This document shows, one piece after another, positions 37,380 to 48,410 of a stretch of 64,000 nucleotides of DNA; position 1 is the first letter of the stretch, and every line of letters begins with the position of its first letter. Origin of the DNA: an uncultured delta proteobacterium (lineage in GTDB: Bacteria > Myxococcota_A > Polyangia > Fen-1088). The translations under genes were made by a program, and so were the position numbers. Below the pieces are notes generated by a model that worked only from the letters and a program-made list of their open reading frames with translations, was not told the origin of the DNA and searched no databases. The stretch spans positions 71,309-135,308 of the forward strand of contig CAWAKD010000006.1 in the NCBI GenBank assembly GCA_963782545.1, read 5' to 3'.

Positions 37380-38080
37380 ATCAAGCGAATGGCTGCCGCC
37401 AACCTGGGCTGTCGACGTAGAACACGAGCAGCCTTTCCAAAGCGGCGAAGGTGTCGAGCTGATGCAGGTAGAGCCATCCGCGCTTGAGCGAGCAGAGACC
37501 ACGCGCCAATCGTTGAGTTCGAGAAGCTGACCTCGACCTGGGCGAGCACGCGGCGTAGTTGTCCGAGGCCGAGGAGATCGTCGACCGCGCGGTTGACATT
37601 CTCCCACCCGAGTCGGCGACGACCGTGGCCGCATCGCTGCTCGTCGGAAGGTTCTTCGCTGCCTCCATGAGAACCTGGCAGGTGGTCTGTGGTTCTGAAG
37701 TTCCGCATGATCCAAGGCGAGGACCTCGGCGGAAACGACGGGGCGAGGCCCACGACGAATCCAACTGACGGCCGTCGAGCGTGGAACGCCTATGTGGTTG
37801 AACAGGTCCGGGTCGCGCTCCTCACAGACGAGGTCGCGCATTCGGTGGTCATAGGTGCGTCGCAAGGTGGCAGCAGGCATGGGTCATGGTCGTCACGGCT
37901 TGCCCATCAGGCAAGCATGGCTGGTGCCGATTGCTTCTGCGATTTCGCGGGTGTTGCAGCTGCATGCGCCCGAGTCCAGAATGTCTTGGTTCGCAGCTGG
38001 GCTAACAGCCAGGCTAACCGTCGTCCACCGCCATCGGAACTGCGCCTCGCCGACTGGGTTGGGCTGGTGTAGGATTTGAG
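37380..38080 (-). pseudogene. Degenerate transposase remnant (HTH fragments, multiple frameshifts)
   Basis: The minus strand has ...CNTREIAEAIGTSHACLMGKP* followed by MPAATLRRTYDHRMRDLVCEERD...GVPRSTAVSWIRRG, which are IS630/IS3-like N-terminal HTH segments. No intact catalytic domain. Confidence 0.3.
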
Positions 38081-38088
38081 TTGGTTCA

Positions 38089-38388
38089 ATGAGCCCGCAC
38101 CTGCACTCCGAGGGCGAGGAGATCGCCACCTTTTGTCGCCGCAACCACATCCGAAAGCTCGCATTTTTCGGATCGGTGCTGCGTGCCGATTTTCGTGACG
38201 ACAGCGACATCGACGTGCTCGTGGAGTTCGAACCGGGCCGTGTCCCGGGCTTCGCCTTCTTCGGTCTGGAGGACGAGCTTGGTCTCCTCCTGGGACACAA
38301 GGTCGACTTGCATACGCCCGCCTCTCTCAGCGTCCACTTCCGCGATCGGGTCCTTCGCGAAGCCGAGCCTGCCTATGTCGCAGCATGA
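38089..38388 (+). CDS. MNT-type nucleotidyltransferase antitoxin (pair 2)
   Basis: Contains FFGSVLRADFRDDSDIDVLVEF. The 3' end overlaps the next gene by 14 nt. Confidence 0.7.
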   Translation: MSPHLHSEGEEIATFCRRNHIRKLAFFGSVLRADFRDDSDIDVLVEFEPGRVPGFAFFGLEDELGLLLGHKVDLHTPASLSVHFRDRVLREAEPAYVAA

Positions 38389-38716
38389 TCCCCTCATCGA
38401 GCTCGCTCAGATGCGCGACCATGCGCAGGAGGCAATGGCCTTCTGGCGGGCAAGAGCCGGGCGGATCTGGAAGCCGACCGTGTTCTTGGCCTCGCCATCG
38501 TTCGCCTGCTCGAAATCCTCGGCGAGGCGGCCAGAAGAGTTCCAGGCGAGGTGCAACAATCGCACCCGGGCATTCCCTGGTCCTACATCATTGGGATGCG
38601 CAATCGTTTGATTCATGGGTACGACCGTGTCGATCTAGACATCGTGTGGTCCGTGGTCGTCGCAGACCTTCCACCCCTGGTGGCGCAACTCGCAGAAATC
38701 ACGGCCGGGCGTTGAG
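38375..38716 (+). pseudogene. HepT-like (DUF86) toxin, disrupted by a 1-nt deletion near 38443
   Basis: Frame 1 reads MSQHDPLIELAQMRDHAQEAMAF. Then frame -1 reads LAGKSRADLEADRVLGLAIVRLLEILGEAARRVPGEVQQSHPGIPWSYIIGMRNRLIHGYDRVDLDIVWSVV...*. The DUF86 family alignment is continuous only across the shift (gccttcTGG where gccttcCTGG is expected). Confidence 0.6.
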
Positions 38717-38766
38717 CGACGGCCTTTTCACCCCTGTCGCTCTACGAAAAGGGCGGGCGGGTCAAG

Positions 38767-38973
38767 GTGGAGCTGGCGCTGGTGCACTCATTGGCGGGAC
38801 TGGGTAAGGAAGTCGGTGATGCGAATCTGCCGAGATGCTGGTGTGCCGGAGGTGTCTGCATCAATCGATGCGCGGGCTTCACGGTTCTTTGGGTGTGGAG
38901 TCGAGTGGAGTCGCCGACCGCTGTAGCCGCCGCGCTGGGGCACTCGTCGCCCAGCACGACGCTTCAGAGCTAG
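38767..38973 (+). pseudogene. Tyrosine recombinase/integrase C-terminal fragment
   Basis: ...AGFTVLWVWSRVESPTAVAAALGHSSPSTTL resembles the R-H-T..LGHSS...Y catalytic tail. Only about 68 aa, truncated. About 150 bp from the tRNA-Ala 3' end. Confidence 0.4.
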
Positions 38974-39080
38974 GCGACCAGGGAATCGGCGGCGACTGGC
39001 CGCCAGAATCGAGTGACCGCGACGTTGCTTAGGGGAAGAGATCGAGGTCCGATCCGAAGGAATATCGTTCCGCAATCGTT

Positions 39081-39112
39081 CCGCAGAAAGAAAAGCGCCG
39101 CCTTGCGGCGGC
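39081..39112 (-). terminator. Intrinsic terminator downstream of tRNA-Ala
   Basis: Minus strand: GCCGCC-GCAA-GGCGGC hairpin, followed by GCTTTTCTTTCT. Confidence 0.4.
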
Positions 39113-39120
39113 AAATTCCT

Positions 39121-39193
39121 TAGTAATATTGTGGAGCTGAACAGGATCGAACTGTCGGCCTCCTGAATGCCATTCAGGCGCTCTCCCAGCTGA
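39121..39193 (-). tRNA. tRNA-Ala (anticodon GGC)
   Basis: Reverse complement: GGGGCTGTAGCTCAGCTGGGAGAGCGCCTGAATGGCATTCAGGAGGCCGACAGTTCGATCCTGTTCAGCTCCA. G3:U70 identity pair. Anticodon loop AT-GGC-AT. T-loop TTCGATC. 73 nt, CCA not encoded. Confidence 0.9.
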
Positions 39194-39370
39194 GCTACAG
39201 CCCCATCGCCCCTTGCGAGGCACGGAGTAACTACCAGCCACGTGGCCAGACGTCAATACCGGAGTCGCGGCGTCACGGCACGGCTTGACAGGGCGGGGCA
39301 GGGTGGCAGATTGTCTCCTCCCTTTTCGCGGCGATCTTGCGCCGCGAGGGACGCAACATCAGGAGAATCC

Positions 39371-40471
39371 ATGGCAACGATCGATTTCGGTGGAGTCAAA
39401 GAGGAAGTCATCACCCGCGAGGAGTTCCCCATCAAGAAGGCCCTCGAGGTCTTGAAGAACGAGACCATCGCGGTGATCGGCTACGGCGTCCAAGGTCCGG
39501 CCCAGTCGCTCAACATGAAGGACAATGGCTTCAACGTCATCATCGGCCAGGCGTCGAAGTTCAAGAAGGATTGGGACCGCGCGGTTCGCGACGGCTGGGT
39601 GCCGGGTAAGACCCTGTTCGAGATCGAGGAAGCCGCCGAGAAGGGCACCATCATTCAGATGCTGGTGTCGGACGCCGCGCAGAAGGCGATCTGGCCTGAC
39701 ATCAAGAAGCACCTCAAGAAGGGCAAGGCCGTGTACTTCTCGCACGGCTTCTCCATCGTCTACAAGGATCAGACCGGCGTGGTTCCGCCACCGGACGTGG
39801 ACGTCATCATGGTCGCGCCCAAGGGCTCGGGCACCTCGGTGCGCCGCAATTTTCTGTCCGGCGCCGGGATCAATTCCAGCTTCGCCGTCGAGCAGGACGC
39901 CACCGGACGAGCCAAGGAGCGCACCATGGCGCTCGGCATCGCGGTCGGCTCGGGCTACCTGTTCCCCACCACCTTCCAGAAGGAGGTGTACAGCGACCTC
40001 ACCGGCGAGCGCGGCGTGCTCATGGGCGCGCTGGCCGGGATCATGGACGCGCAGTACGAGGTGTTGCGCCGAAACGGTCACAGCCCGAGCGAGGCGTTCA
40101 ACGAAACCGTCGAGGAGCTGACCGAAAGCCTCATCCGCCTGGTGGGTGAGAACGGCATGGACTGGATGTACTCGAACTGCTCGGCCACGGCCCAGCGGGG
40201 CGCCCTCGACTGGCGCCCGCGCTTCAAGCAGGCGGTGGCGCCCGTGTTCGAGCTGCTCTACGACCGCGTCGCGTCCGGCAAGGAGACCGCACGCGTGCTC
40301 GAGTCCACGGGCGGTCCCGATTACCAGCAGCGGCTCGGCAAGGAGCTGGCCGAGATGGGCAACTCCGAGATGTGGCTGGCCGGCAAGGCCACGCGCTCGC
40401 TGCGCCCGAAGGAGTTGGCGCGTACGATCTCCTCCGACACCAAGGGCATCGGCGGCCGTGGCGAGAACTAG
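39371..40471 (+). CDS. ilvC: Ketol-acid reductoisomerase
   Basis: MATIDFGGVKEEVIT...IAVIGYGVQGPAQSLNMKDNG... with RBS AGGAG. Start trimmed from the ORF's 39242. Confidence 0.9.
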   Translation: MATIDFGGVKEEVITREEFPIKKALEVLKNETIAVIGYGVQGPAQSLNMKDNGFNVIIGQASKFKKDWDRAVRDGWVPGKTLFEIEEAAEKGTIIQMLVSDAAQKAIWPDIKKHLKKGKAVYFSHGFSIVYKDQTGVVPPPDVDVIMVAPKGSGTSVRRNFLSGAGINSSFAVEQDATGRAKERTMALGIAVGSGYLFPTTFQKEVYSDLTGERGVLMGALAGIMDAQYEVLRRNGHSPSEAFNETVEELTESLIRLVGENGMDWMYSNCSATAQRGALDWRPRFKQAVAPVFELLYDRVASGKETARVLESTGGPDYQQRLGKELAEMGNSEMWLAGKATRSLRPKELARTISSDTKGIGGRGEN

Positions 40472-40495
40472 CCACAGCGCCCCTCACCCTGTCCC

Positions 40496-41904
40496 TCATA
40501 GGTGCTAACCACTTTTTTGCTAGTGATCTCGCGAAGGTGTACGGGGAGGTATGGGGACGAAACTTCTGGAGTGCGAATGGCCGATGTTGGTCCGGGAGCT
40601 TCCTGCCGGGTGGAAGGAGAGCGCGTTCTTAACGGGCGCAATTGTCATGGAGGACGGGCCACTGGCCGACCCGGAGAAGCTGCTACGGTTGCTGTTGGGT
40701 AGGGCAGCATCTGACGGATCCCTACGCTCCGTGGTCGCGCACGCTCGGGCAACCGGGTTGTGCGACGTGAGCAACGTAGCCCTGCACAAGCGGGAGAAGC
40801 GATGTGCGGACTGGCTGGAATGGATCGCGGACGACATGCTGGCGGAAACCATGGCTGGGCTGCCGTCAAGTCCCTTGCGCATGCGTCTGGTAGACGCGAC
40901 TTGCGCGAGCCGGCCTGGCAGCACGATGGCCGATTTTCGCCTGCACGTGACTGTGGAGTTGCCTACCCGGCGATTCACCCGAGCGGAGTTGACCGACAAC
41001 CATGGCGGGGAGTCGTTCGAGCGAATGGCGGTTGAGCCAGGTGATCTCTTGGTGGGTGACCGCATCTATGGGACGGCGAATTCGATCGAGCACGTGACGG
41101 CGAGAGGTGGCTACGCCCTGGTGCGCATCAATGCTTCGTCGCTGCCAATGTGGAGTACCTCCGACGGGGCGCGGGTCGACCCACTGGTCGTGGCCAGAAG
41201 GCTCGCCCCTGGCGAGATGACGGAGATCCCCGTCGAGATCCGGCCGAAGTCTGGTCAGGCGATCGAGGGAAGATTTTGTATCTATGCCTTGCCCACCGAG
41301 CAGGCAGCCAAGGCCCAGAAGCGGACGCGCCGGACCAAGTTGAAGCGCGGCAAGCGACCGGGCAAGTGTTCCATCGAGAGCGCCAAGTACATCATGTTGT
41401 TTACGACCGTGCCCTGCAAGATGATGACGACCGCACAAGTGGTCGCGACCTATCGGCTGCGTTGGCAAGTCGAGCTTGCGTTCAAGACGCTCAAGACTGT
41501 GCTCAAGTTCGACGAGTTGCCCAATCGCCTGCCGGACACGGGCCGTACCTGGCTGCTCGCTAAGCTGATCTGCGCGCTTCTGCTGCAACGGTTGGCCGGC
41601 TGCCACGAGGCTATTCCCCCCTCGGACGTCGCAGCCGCTGCCTAGCCCATCATCCCGGCCAAGCCGGCTTTCTCCATTTCGCGCCATTGCGTTTCTGTCC
41701 TGTGCTCTGGCCGATGCCATTCTCGGTCGACTCACGCTGACGGCACGAGTTGCAGCCCTTGACCGCACATCTGAGTTTCGCGACGGCCGCCAGCAGTACC
41801 AAATCGACAAATTCGTCGTCCGACCTCGACACCGTCTTGCTCAACGCCTCGGCCTAGTCACGAAAGCTACCTCATGCAGGGCTCCGAGTGGTTAGCACCT
41901 ATGA
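40496..41904 (+). mobile_element. IS element copy A (1409 bp, DDE_Tnp_1 / IS4-like)
   Basis: 18-bp terminal IRs TCATAGGTGCTAACCACT (40496..40513 and 41887..41904). Flanked by a 9-bp direct repeat CCCTGTCCC (40487..40495 / 41905..41913). Confidence 0.8.
40551..41645 (+). CDS. IS4-like DDE transposase (364 aa)
   Basis: Y-(2)-R-(3)-E-(6)-K signature in YRLRWQVELAFKTLK. Identical to the copy at 42324..43418. Confidence 0.85.
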   Translation: MGTKLLECEWPMLVRELPAGWKESAFLTGAIVMEDGPLADPEKLLRLLLGRAASDGSLRSVVAHARATGLCDVSNVALHKREKRCADWLEWIADDMLAETMAGLPSSPLRMRLVDATCASRPGSTMADFRLHVTVELPTRRFTRAELTDNHGGESFERMAVEPGDLLVGDRIYGTANSIEHVTARGGYALVRINASSLPMWSTSDGARVDPLVVARRLAPGEMTEIPVEIRPKSGQAIEGRFCIYALPTEQAAKAQKRTRRTKLKRGKRPGKCSIESAKYIMLFTTVPCKMMTTAQVVATYRLRWQVELAFKTLKTVLKFDELPNRLPDTGRTWLLAKLICALLLQRLAGCHEAIPPSDVAAAA

Positions 41905-42064
41905 CCCTGTCCCTTACCCTGTCCCTCTCCCCGGCTGTCGCCGGGGCGAGGGGACCTGGCTGCTGGATCTCTGCGCAGGCAAGTGATCTCTCGACTCGTC
42001 CGAACCGCCCCCTCGCCCCGCGTAGCGCAGCGAAGCGGGGAGAGGGTTGGGGTCAGGGTTGGGG
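41905..42064. repeat. 160-bp remnant of an imperfect palindromic intergenic element between the two IS copies
   Basis: Arms ccctgtcccttaccctgtccctctcccc ... ggggagagggttggggtcagggttgggg are inverse-complementary with a few mismatches. The overlapping 67-aa ORFs on both strands are palindrome artefacts. Confidence 0.5.
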
Positions 42065-43473
42065 TCATAGGTGCTAACCACTCGGAGCCCTGCATGAGGT
42101 AGCTTTCGTGACTAGGCCGAGGCGTTGAGCAAGACGGTGTCGAGGTCGGACGACGAATTTGTCGATCTGGTACTGCTGGCGGCCGTCGCGAAACTCAGAT
42201 GTGCGGTCAAGGGCTGCAACTCGTGCCGTCAGCGTGAGTCGACCGAGAATGGCATCGGCCAGAGCACAGGACAGAAACGCAATGGCGCGAAATGGAGAAA
42301 GCCGGCTTGGCCGGGATGATGGGCTAGGCAGCGGCTGCGACGTCCGAGGGGGGAATAGCCTCGTGGCAGCCGGCCAACCGTTGCAGCAGAAGCGCGCAGA
42401 TCAGCTTAGCGAGCAGCCAGGTACGGCCCGTGTCCGGCAGGCGATTGGGCAACTCGTCGAACTTGAGCACAGTCTTGAGCGTCTTGAACGCAAGCTCGAC
42501 TTGCCAACGCAGCCGATAGGTCGCGACCACTTGTGCGGTCGTCATCATCTTGCAGGGCACGGTCGTAAACAACATGATGTACTTGGCGCTCTCGATGGAA
42601 CACTTGCCCGGTCGCTTGCCGCGCTTCAACTTGGTCCGGCGCGTCCGCTTCTGGGCCTTGGCTGCCTGCTCGGTGGGCAAGGCATAGATACAAAATCTTC
42701 CCTCGATCGCCTGACCAGACTTCGGCCGGATCTCGACGGGGATCTCCGTCATCTCGCCAGGGGCGAGCCTTCTGGCCACGACCAGTGGGTCGACCCGCGC
42801 CCCGTCGGAGGTACTCCACATTGGCAGCGACGAAGCATTGATGCGCACCAGGGCGTAGCCACCTCTCGCCGTCACGTGCTCGATCGAATTCGCCGTCCCA
42901 TAGATGCGGTCACCCACCAAGAGATCACCTGGCTCAACCGCCATTCGCTCGAACGACTCCCCGCCATGGTTGTCGGTCAACTCCGCTCGGGTGAATCGCC
43001 GGGTAGGCAACTCCACAGTCACGTGCAGGCGAAAATCGGCCATCGTGCTGCCAGGCCGGCTCGCGCAAGTCGCGTCTACCAGACGCATGCGCAAGGGACT
43101 TGACGGCAGCCCAGCCATGGTTTCCGCCAGCATGTCGTCCGCGATCCATTCCAGCCAGTCCGCACATCGCTTCTCCCGCTTGTGCAGGGCTACGTTGCTC
43201 ACGTCGCACAACCCGGTTGCCCGAGCGTGCGCGACCACGGAGCGTAGGGATCCGTCAGATGCTGCCCTACCCAACAGCAACCGTAGCAGCTTCTCCGGGT
43301 CGGCCAGTGGCCCGTCCTCCATGACAATTGCGCCCGTTAAGAACGCGCTCTCCTTCCACCCGGCAGGAAGCTCCCGGACCAACATCGGCCATTCGCACTC
43401 CAGAAGTTTCGTCCCCATACCTCCCCGTACACCTTCGCGAGATCACTAGCAAAAAAGTGGTTAGCACCTATGA
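42065..43473 (-). mobile_element. IS element copy B (1409 bp, inverted relative to copy A)
   Basis: The same 18-bp IRs (42065..42082 and 43456..43473). Own 9-bp direct repeat GGGTTGGGG (42056..42064 / 43474..43482). Confidence 0.8.
42324..43418 (-). CDS. IS4-like DDE transposase (364 aa), second copy
   Basis: Translation identical to 40551..41645. Confidence 0.85.
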   Translation of the reverse strand: MGTKLLECEWPMLVRELPAGWKESAFLTGAIVMEDGPLADPEKLLRLLLGRAASDGSLRSVVAHARATGLCDVSNVALHKREKRCADWLEWIADDMLAETMAGLPSSPLRMRLVDATCASRPGSTMADFRLHVTVELPTRRFTRAELTDNHGGESFERMAVEPGDLLVGDRIYGTANSIEHVTARGGYALVRINASSLPMWSTSDGARVDPLVVARRLAPGEMTEIPVEIRPKSGQAIEGRFCIYALPTEQAAKAQKRTRRTKLKRGKRPGKCSIESAKYIMLFTTVPCKMMTTAQVVATYRLRWQVELAFKTLKTVLKFDELPNRLPDTGRTWLLAKLICALLLQRLAGCHEAIPPSDVAAAA

Positions 43474-43644
43474 GGGTTGGGGTGAGGGGCGATCCTGTGG
43501 ACCTCTCCAAGCCGCCCTCTTACCGCTGGAAGCCGCCGGTGTAGGTCGCACACTTGGCTTTCTGGGTAAGGACGAGCCCCGATGGGGAGAGGCTTGAAGT
43601 GGCCAGGCGTCGCTCTCAGCGCGCTCTGTGGTTAAACTGCGCTG

Positions 43645-45915
<2,271 letters not shown>

Positions 45916-45950
45916 CAGCCGGGCTGTCCTGGTCCGTGTAGACTGCCCCG

Positions 45951-46985
45951 ATGCAGGTCGAGTCTTTCGATGTCGTCATCGTGGGCGCGGGCCCGGGCGG
46001 ACTCTCGTGTGCGCGGGCGCTGGCGGGTTCCGGCCAGCGCGTGCTGGTTCTGGAAAAGAGCGAGGGCTTGGGCAAGAAGATCTGCGCCGGCGAACTGACA
46101 GCCAAGGTGCTACCCGGCGAGGAATTCGACCGTGGCAGGCCGTGGACCGAGATCCACGTCGGTAACGATCACACGAGCCATAGGATCGAGCTTCCGCGCC
46201 CGTTCGCCTGGACCGCCGGCCGGCACGCCATCGAGAGTCACTTGATGAAGGGTTGTGACGCCGAGATCAGGTTCGACGAGCCCGTGCAGAGGATCACCTG
46301 CGAATTCGTCGAGACCCGCACGGGCCGCTTCGGCTACAAGAAGCTGGTGGGGGCCGACGGGGCAAACTCGATCGTACGCACGCACCTCGGTCTGCCGCGC
46401 GAAAGCATCGTGGGTTGGGCCTATCATTTCGTGGTCGATCGTCCGGCCACCGAGTTTCACATCTACTGGCTGCCCCGCACCTTCCCGGCTGGCTACGGAT
46501 ACATGATGTCGCGCAGCCGCGGTCAGACCATGGTGGGGCTGGCCTTCGAGGGCACCGGCTTCGATCGCGACGTCGCGGCGCGCGCCGGCGCGTGGGTGGC
46601 GCAGCGCTTCGGCTTGGACGTTTCCAAGCTCCGCCATGAGGCGGCCAAGGGCAACGCCGACTACCGCGGCTGGCGCTTCGGCGACGTATTCCTGGTCGGC
46701 GAGGCAGCCGGTCTCCTCAATCCCCTATCCACCGAGGGGATCTACTACGCGATTCGCAGCGGCGAAGGCGTCGGCCGTTTCCTGCGTGGCGATGCGGCGG
46801 GGGAGAAACTGATGCGTCACCTCGCCCGCGTGCACAAGAGGCAGGCACGTATCTTCAAGCTGGTGACGAACAGGAAGCTGCCGGCGTGTTGGGTGGTGGA
46901 TTGGGTAATGCACGACCCACGCAAGGGTCTGCGGCGTTTCCTCTTGCAGTGGGTCCTGTACTGGCTCATGGATCGCTCGGGCTAG
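45951..46985 (+). CDS. Geranylgeranyl-reductase-family FAD-dependent oxidoreductase
   Basis: DVVIVGAGPGGLSCA FAD-binding fold and a GD motif (FLVGEAAGLLNPLSTEGIYYA). Confidence 0.75.
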   Translation: MQVESFDVVIVGAGPGGLSCARALAGSGQRVLVLEKSEGLGKKICAGELTAKVLPGEEFDRGRPWTEIHVGNDHTSHRIELPRPFAWTAGRHAIESHLMKGCDAEIRFDEPVQRITCEFVETRTGRFGYKKLVGADGANSIVRTHLGLPRESIVGWAYHFVVDRPATEFHIYWLPRTFPAGYGYMMSRSRGQTMVGLAFEGTGFDRDVAARAGAWVAQRFGLDVSKLRHEAAKGNADYRGWRFGDVFLVGEAAGLLNPLSTEGIYYAIRSGEGVGRFLRGDAAGEKLMRHLARVHKRQARIFKLVTNRKLPACWVVDWVMHDPRKGLRRFLLQWVLYWLMDRSG

Positions 46986-47222
46986 CGTCGGTCGACCTGG
47001 CGGCTGGCGTTGACGAATTGTGGTTGGTCTGGCCAAGGGCGTGGCAAAATGCGAGGCAATCGGGGTGCGGAGGCGGGTGGGATTTGTGGCTTTCCATGCC
47101 TCAAGTCCGGAAGAAAAGCCGACGAAAACTGTTGATAGGACGGGGCGATTGCGCACCTCGACACACTCGCGGCGGCTGGTACGCAGCAGCCCTACACCAG
47201 TTCCCCGACATGGGAGGTCTCA

Positions 47223-47611
47223 GTGAACGTTGTCAAGACTCGTAAGGTTCTCGTGGTCGAGGATTCGCGTCTGATTCACAAGATGTACGAAGTCATGCTT
47301 CGGCCCTGCATGCTGATCGCGGCGCACGATGGGCGGGAAGGCCTGGCTCGTCTGAGGAGAATCCGGACGTGGACGTCATCATCCTGGACATCAACATGCC
47401 ACACATGACCGGGTTGGAGTTTCTCGGCCAGATCAAGGCCCAGCCCGAGTTCGCCGCCATTCCGGTCATCATCGTTTCCACCGAGGGCAAGGAGGAGGAT
47501 GTCGCACGCGGGCTCCAGGCGGGCGCGTTGGCCTACCTCAAGAAGCCGTTCCAGCGCGAGGATTTGCTCAAGATCATCGGGCGCCTCACTGCCAAGCAAC
47601 CTTCCCCGTGA
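47223..47611 (+). pseudogene. CheY-like single-domain response regulator, frameshifted near 47355 (1 nt missing)
   Basis: Frame 1 reads MNVVKTRKVLVVEDSRLIHKMYEVML...GREGLARL. Frame -1 reads (N)PDVDVIILDINMPHMTGLEFLG...KKPFQREDLL. The phospho-acceptor Asp, T and K regions are in the second frame (AGGAGAAT where AGGGAGAAT is expected). Confidence 0.7.
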
Positions 47612-47692
47612 AAGTTGGTGATGTGATGGTCGACGGTCCTCGGAAATCCATCTACTCGGCGGAGGAAAGCGCGAGATCCTCTCGCCACCCTG

Positions 47693-48379
47693 ATGCGGGC
47701 ACGCCAGCTCATCCACGACGCCCAGGCCGCCATCGAGGAGGCCAGCAAATCGGTCGTGCAGCAGCGCACGGCCTCGGCCGAGATTCCCGAGCGCGAGCTG
47801 CGGCTGGCCAAGGCCGAAGACGAACGCGAGGAGCTGGCCGCGCGACTCGTCGAGGTCGAGCACCAGGTCGGGCGACTCATGACCTTGTACGTGGCCACCT
47901 ACCAGCTGCACGCCACGCTCGACCCCGCCGACGTGCAATCGACCATCGCGGAGATCGCCGTGAATCTGCTCGGTGCCGAGCATTTCGCCTTGCTTCTGCG
48001 CAACGATGACGACAGCGCCTTGGAGATTCGCCTGCAGGAAGGCTCGATTGACGCGGCCTGGTCGGGGGCCGCGACCTACACCGGGGGGGATCCGCTCATC
48101 GATGCCTCTCTTCTCGACGGCATGTTGCGCTTCGGCCCGGCCGACGATTCTCCGGTGCTGGTCGCCGTACCGCTGCGCGTGCAGGACGTTACGGAGGGGG
48201 CGCTGGTGATCACGAAGTTGTTCGAGCACAAGGGCAAGCTGGACGAGGACGATCGCGACTTGCTCGATCTGCTTGGGGCGCACGCCGCCTCGGCGCTCTT
48301 CGCCTCACGGGTGTACTCGCGGGCCGCGCGCAAGGTGCGAACTCTGGAAGGACTGATCAAGCTGGTCAGGAAGGGGTGA
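47693..48379 (+). CDS. Coiled-coil + GAF-like domain protein
   Basis: N-terminal heptad-rich helix. The C-terminal approximately 150 aa has GAF-like topology (LLGAEHFALLLRNDD...LVAVPLRVQDVTEGALVITKLF). Confidence 0.55.
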   Translation: MRARQLIHDAQAAIEEASKSVVQQRTASAEIPERELRLAKAEDEREELAARLVEVEHQVGRLMTLYVATYQLHATLDPADVQSTIAEIAVNLLGAEHFALLLRNDDDSALEIRLQEGSIDAAWSGAATYTGGDPLIDASLLDGMLRFGPADDSPVLVAVPLRVQDVTEGALVITKLFEHKGKLDEDDRDLLDLLGAHAASALFASRVYSRAARKVRTLEGLIKLVRKG

Positions 48380-48410
48380 CCCGCGGGCGCGTCGCCCAAG
48401 CGAGGACGAT

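Noticed and set aside
39270-39310. Possible ilvC promoter TTGACA-17-AGATTG
   Set aside because: The -35 is perfect but the -10 is poor (AGATTG). Not confident enough to list as a feature.
40866-41810. 314-aa ORF antisense inside the IS (and its twin 42159..43103)
   Set aside because: Opposite strand of the transposase gene. No motifs. Present only because the IS is GC-rich. The transposase frame carries the YREK signature.
41874-42095. Two overlapping 67-aa ORFs on opposite strands with near-identical translations
   Set aside because: They lie inside the 160-bp palindromic spacer between the IS copies. The similarity is a consequence of the inverted-repeat DNA, not two genes.
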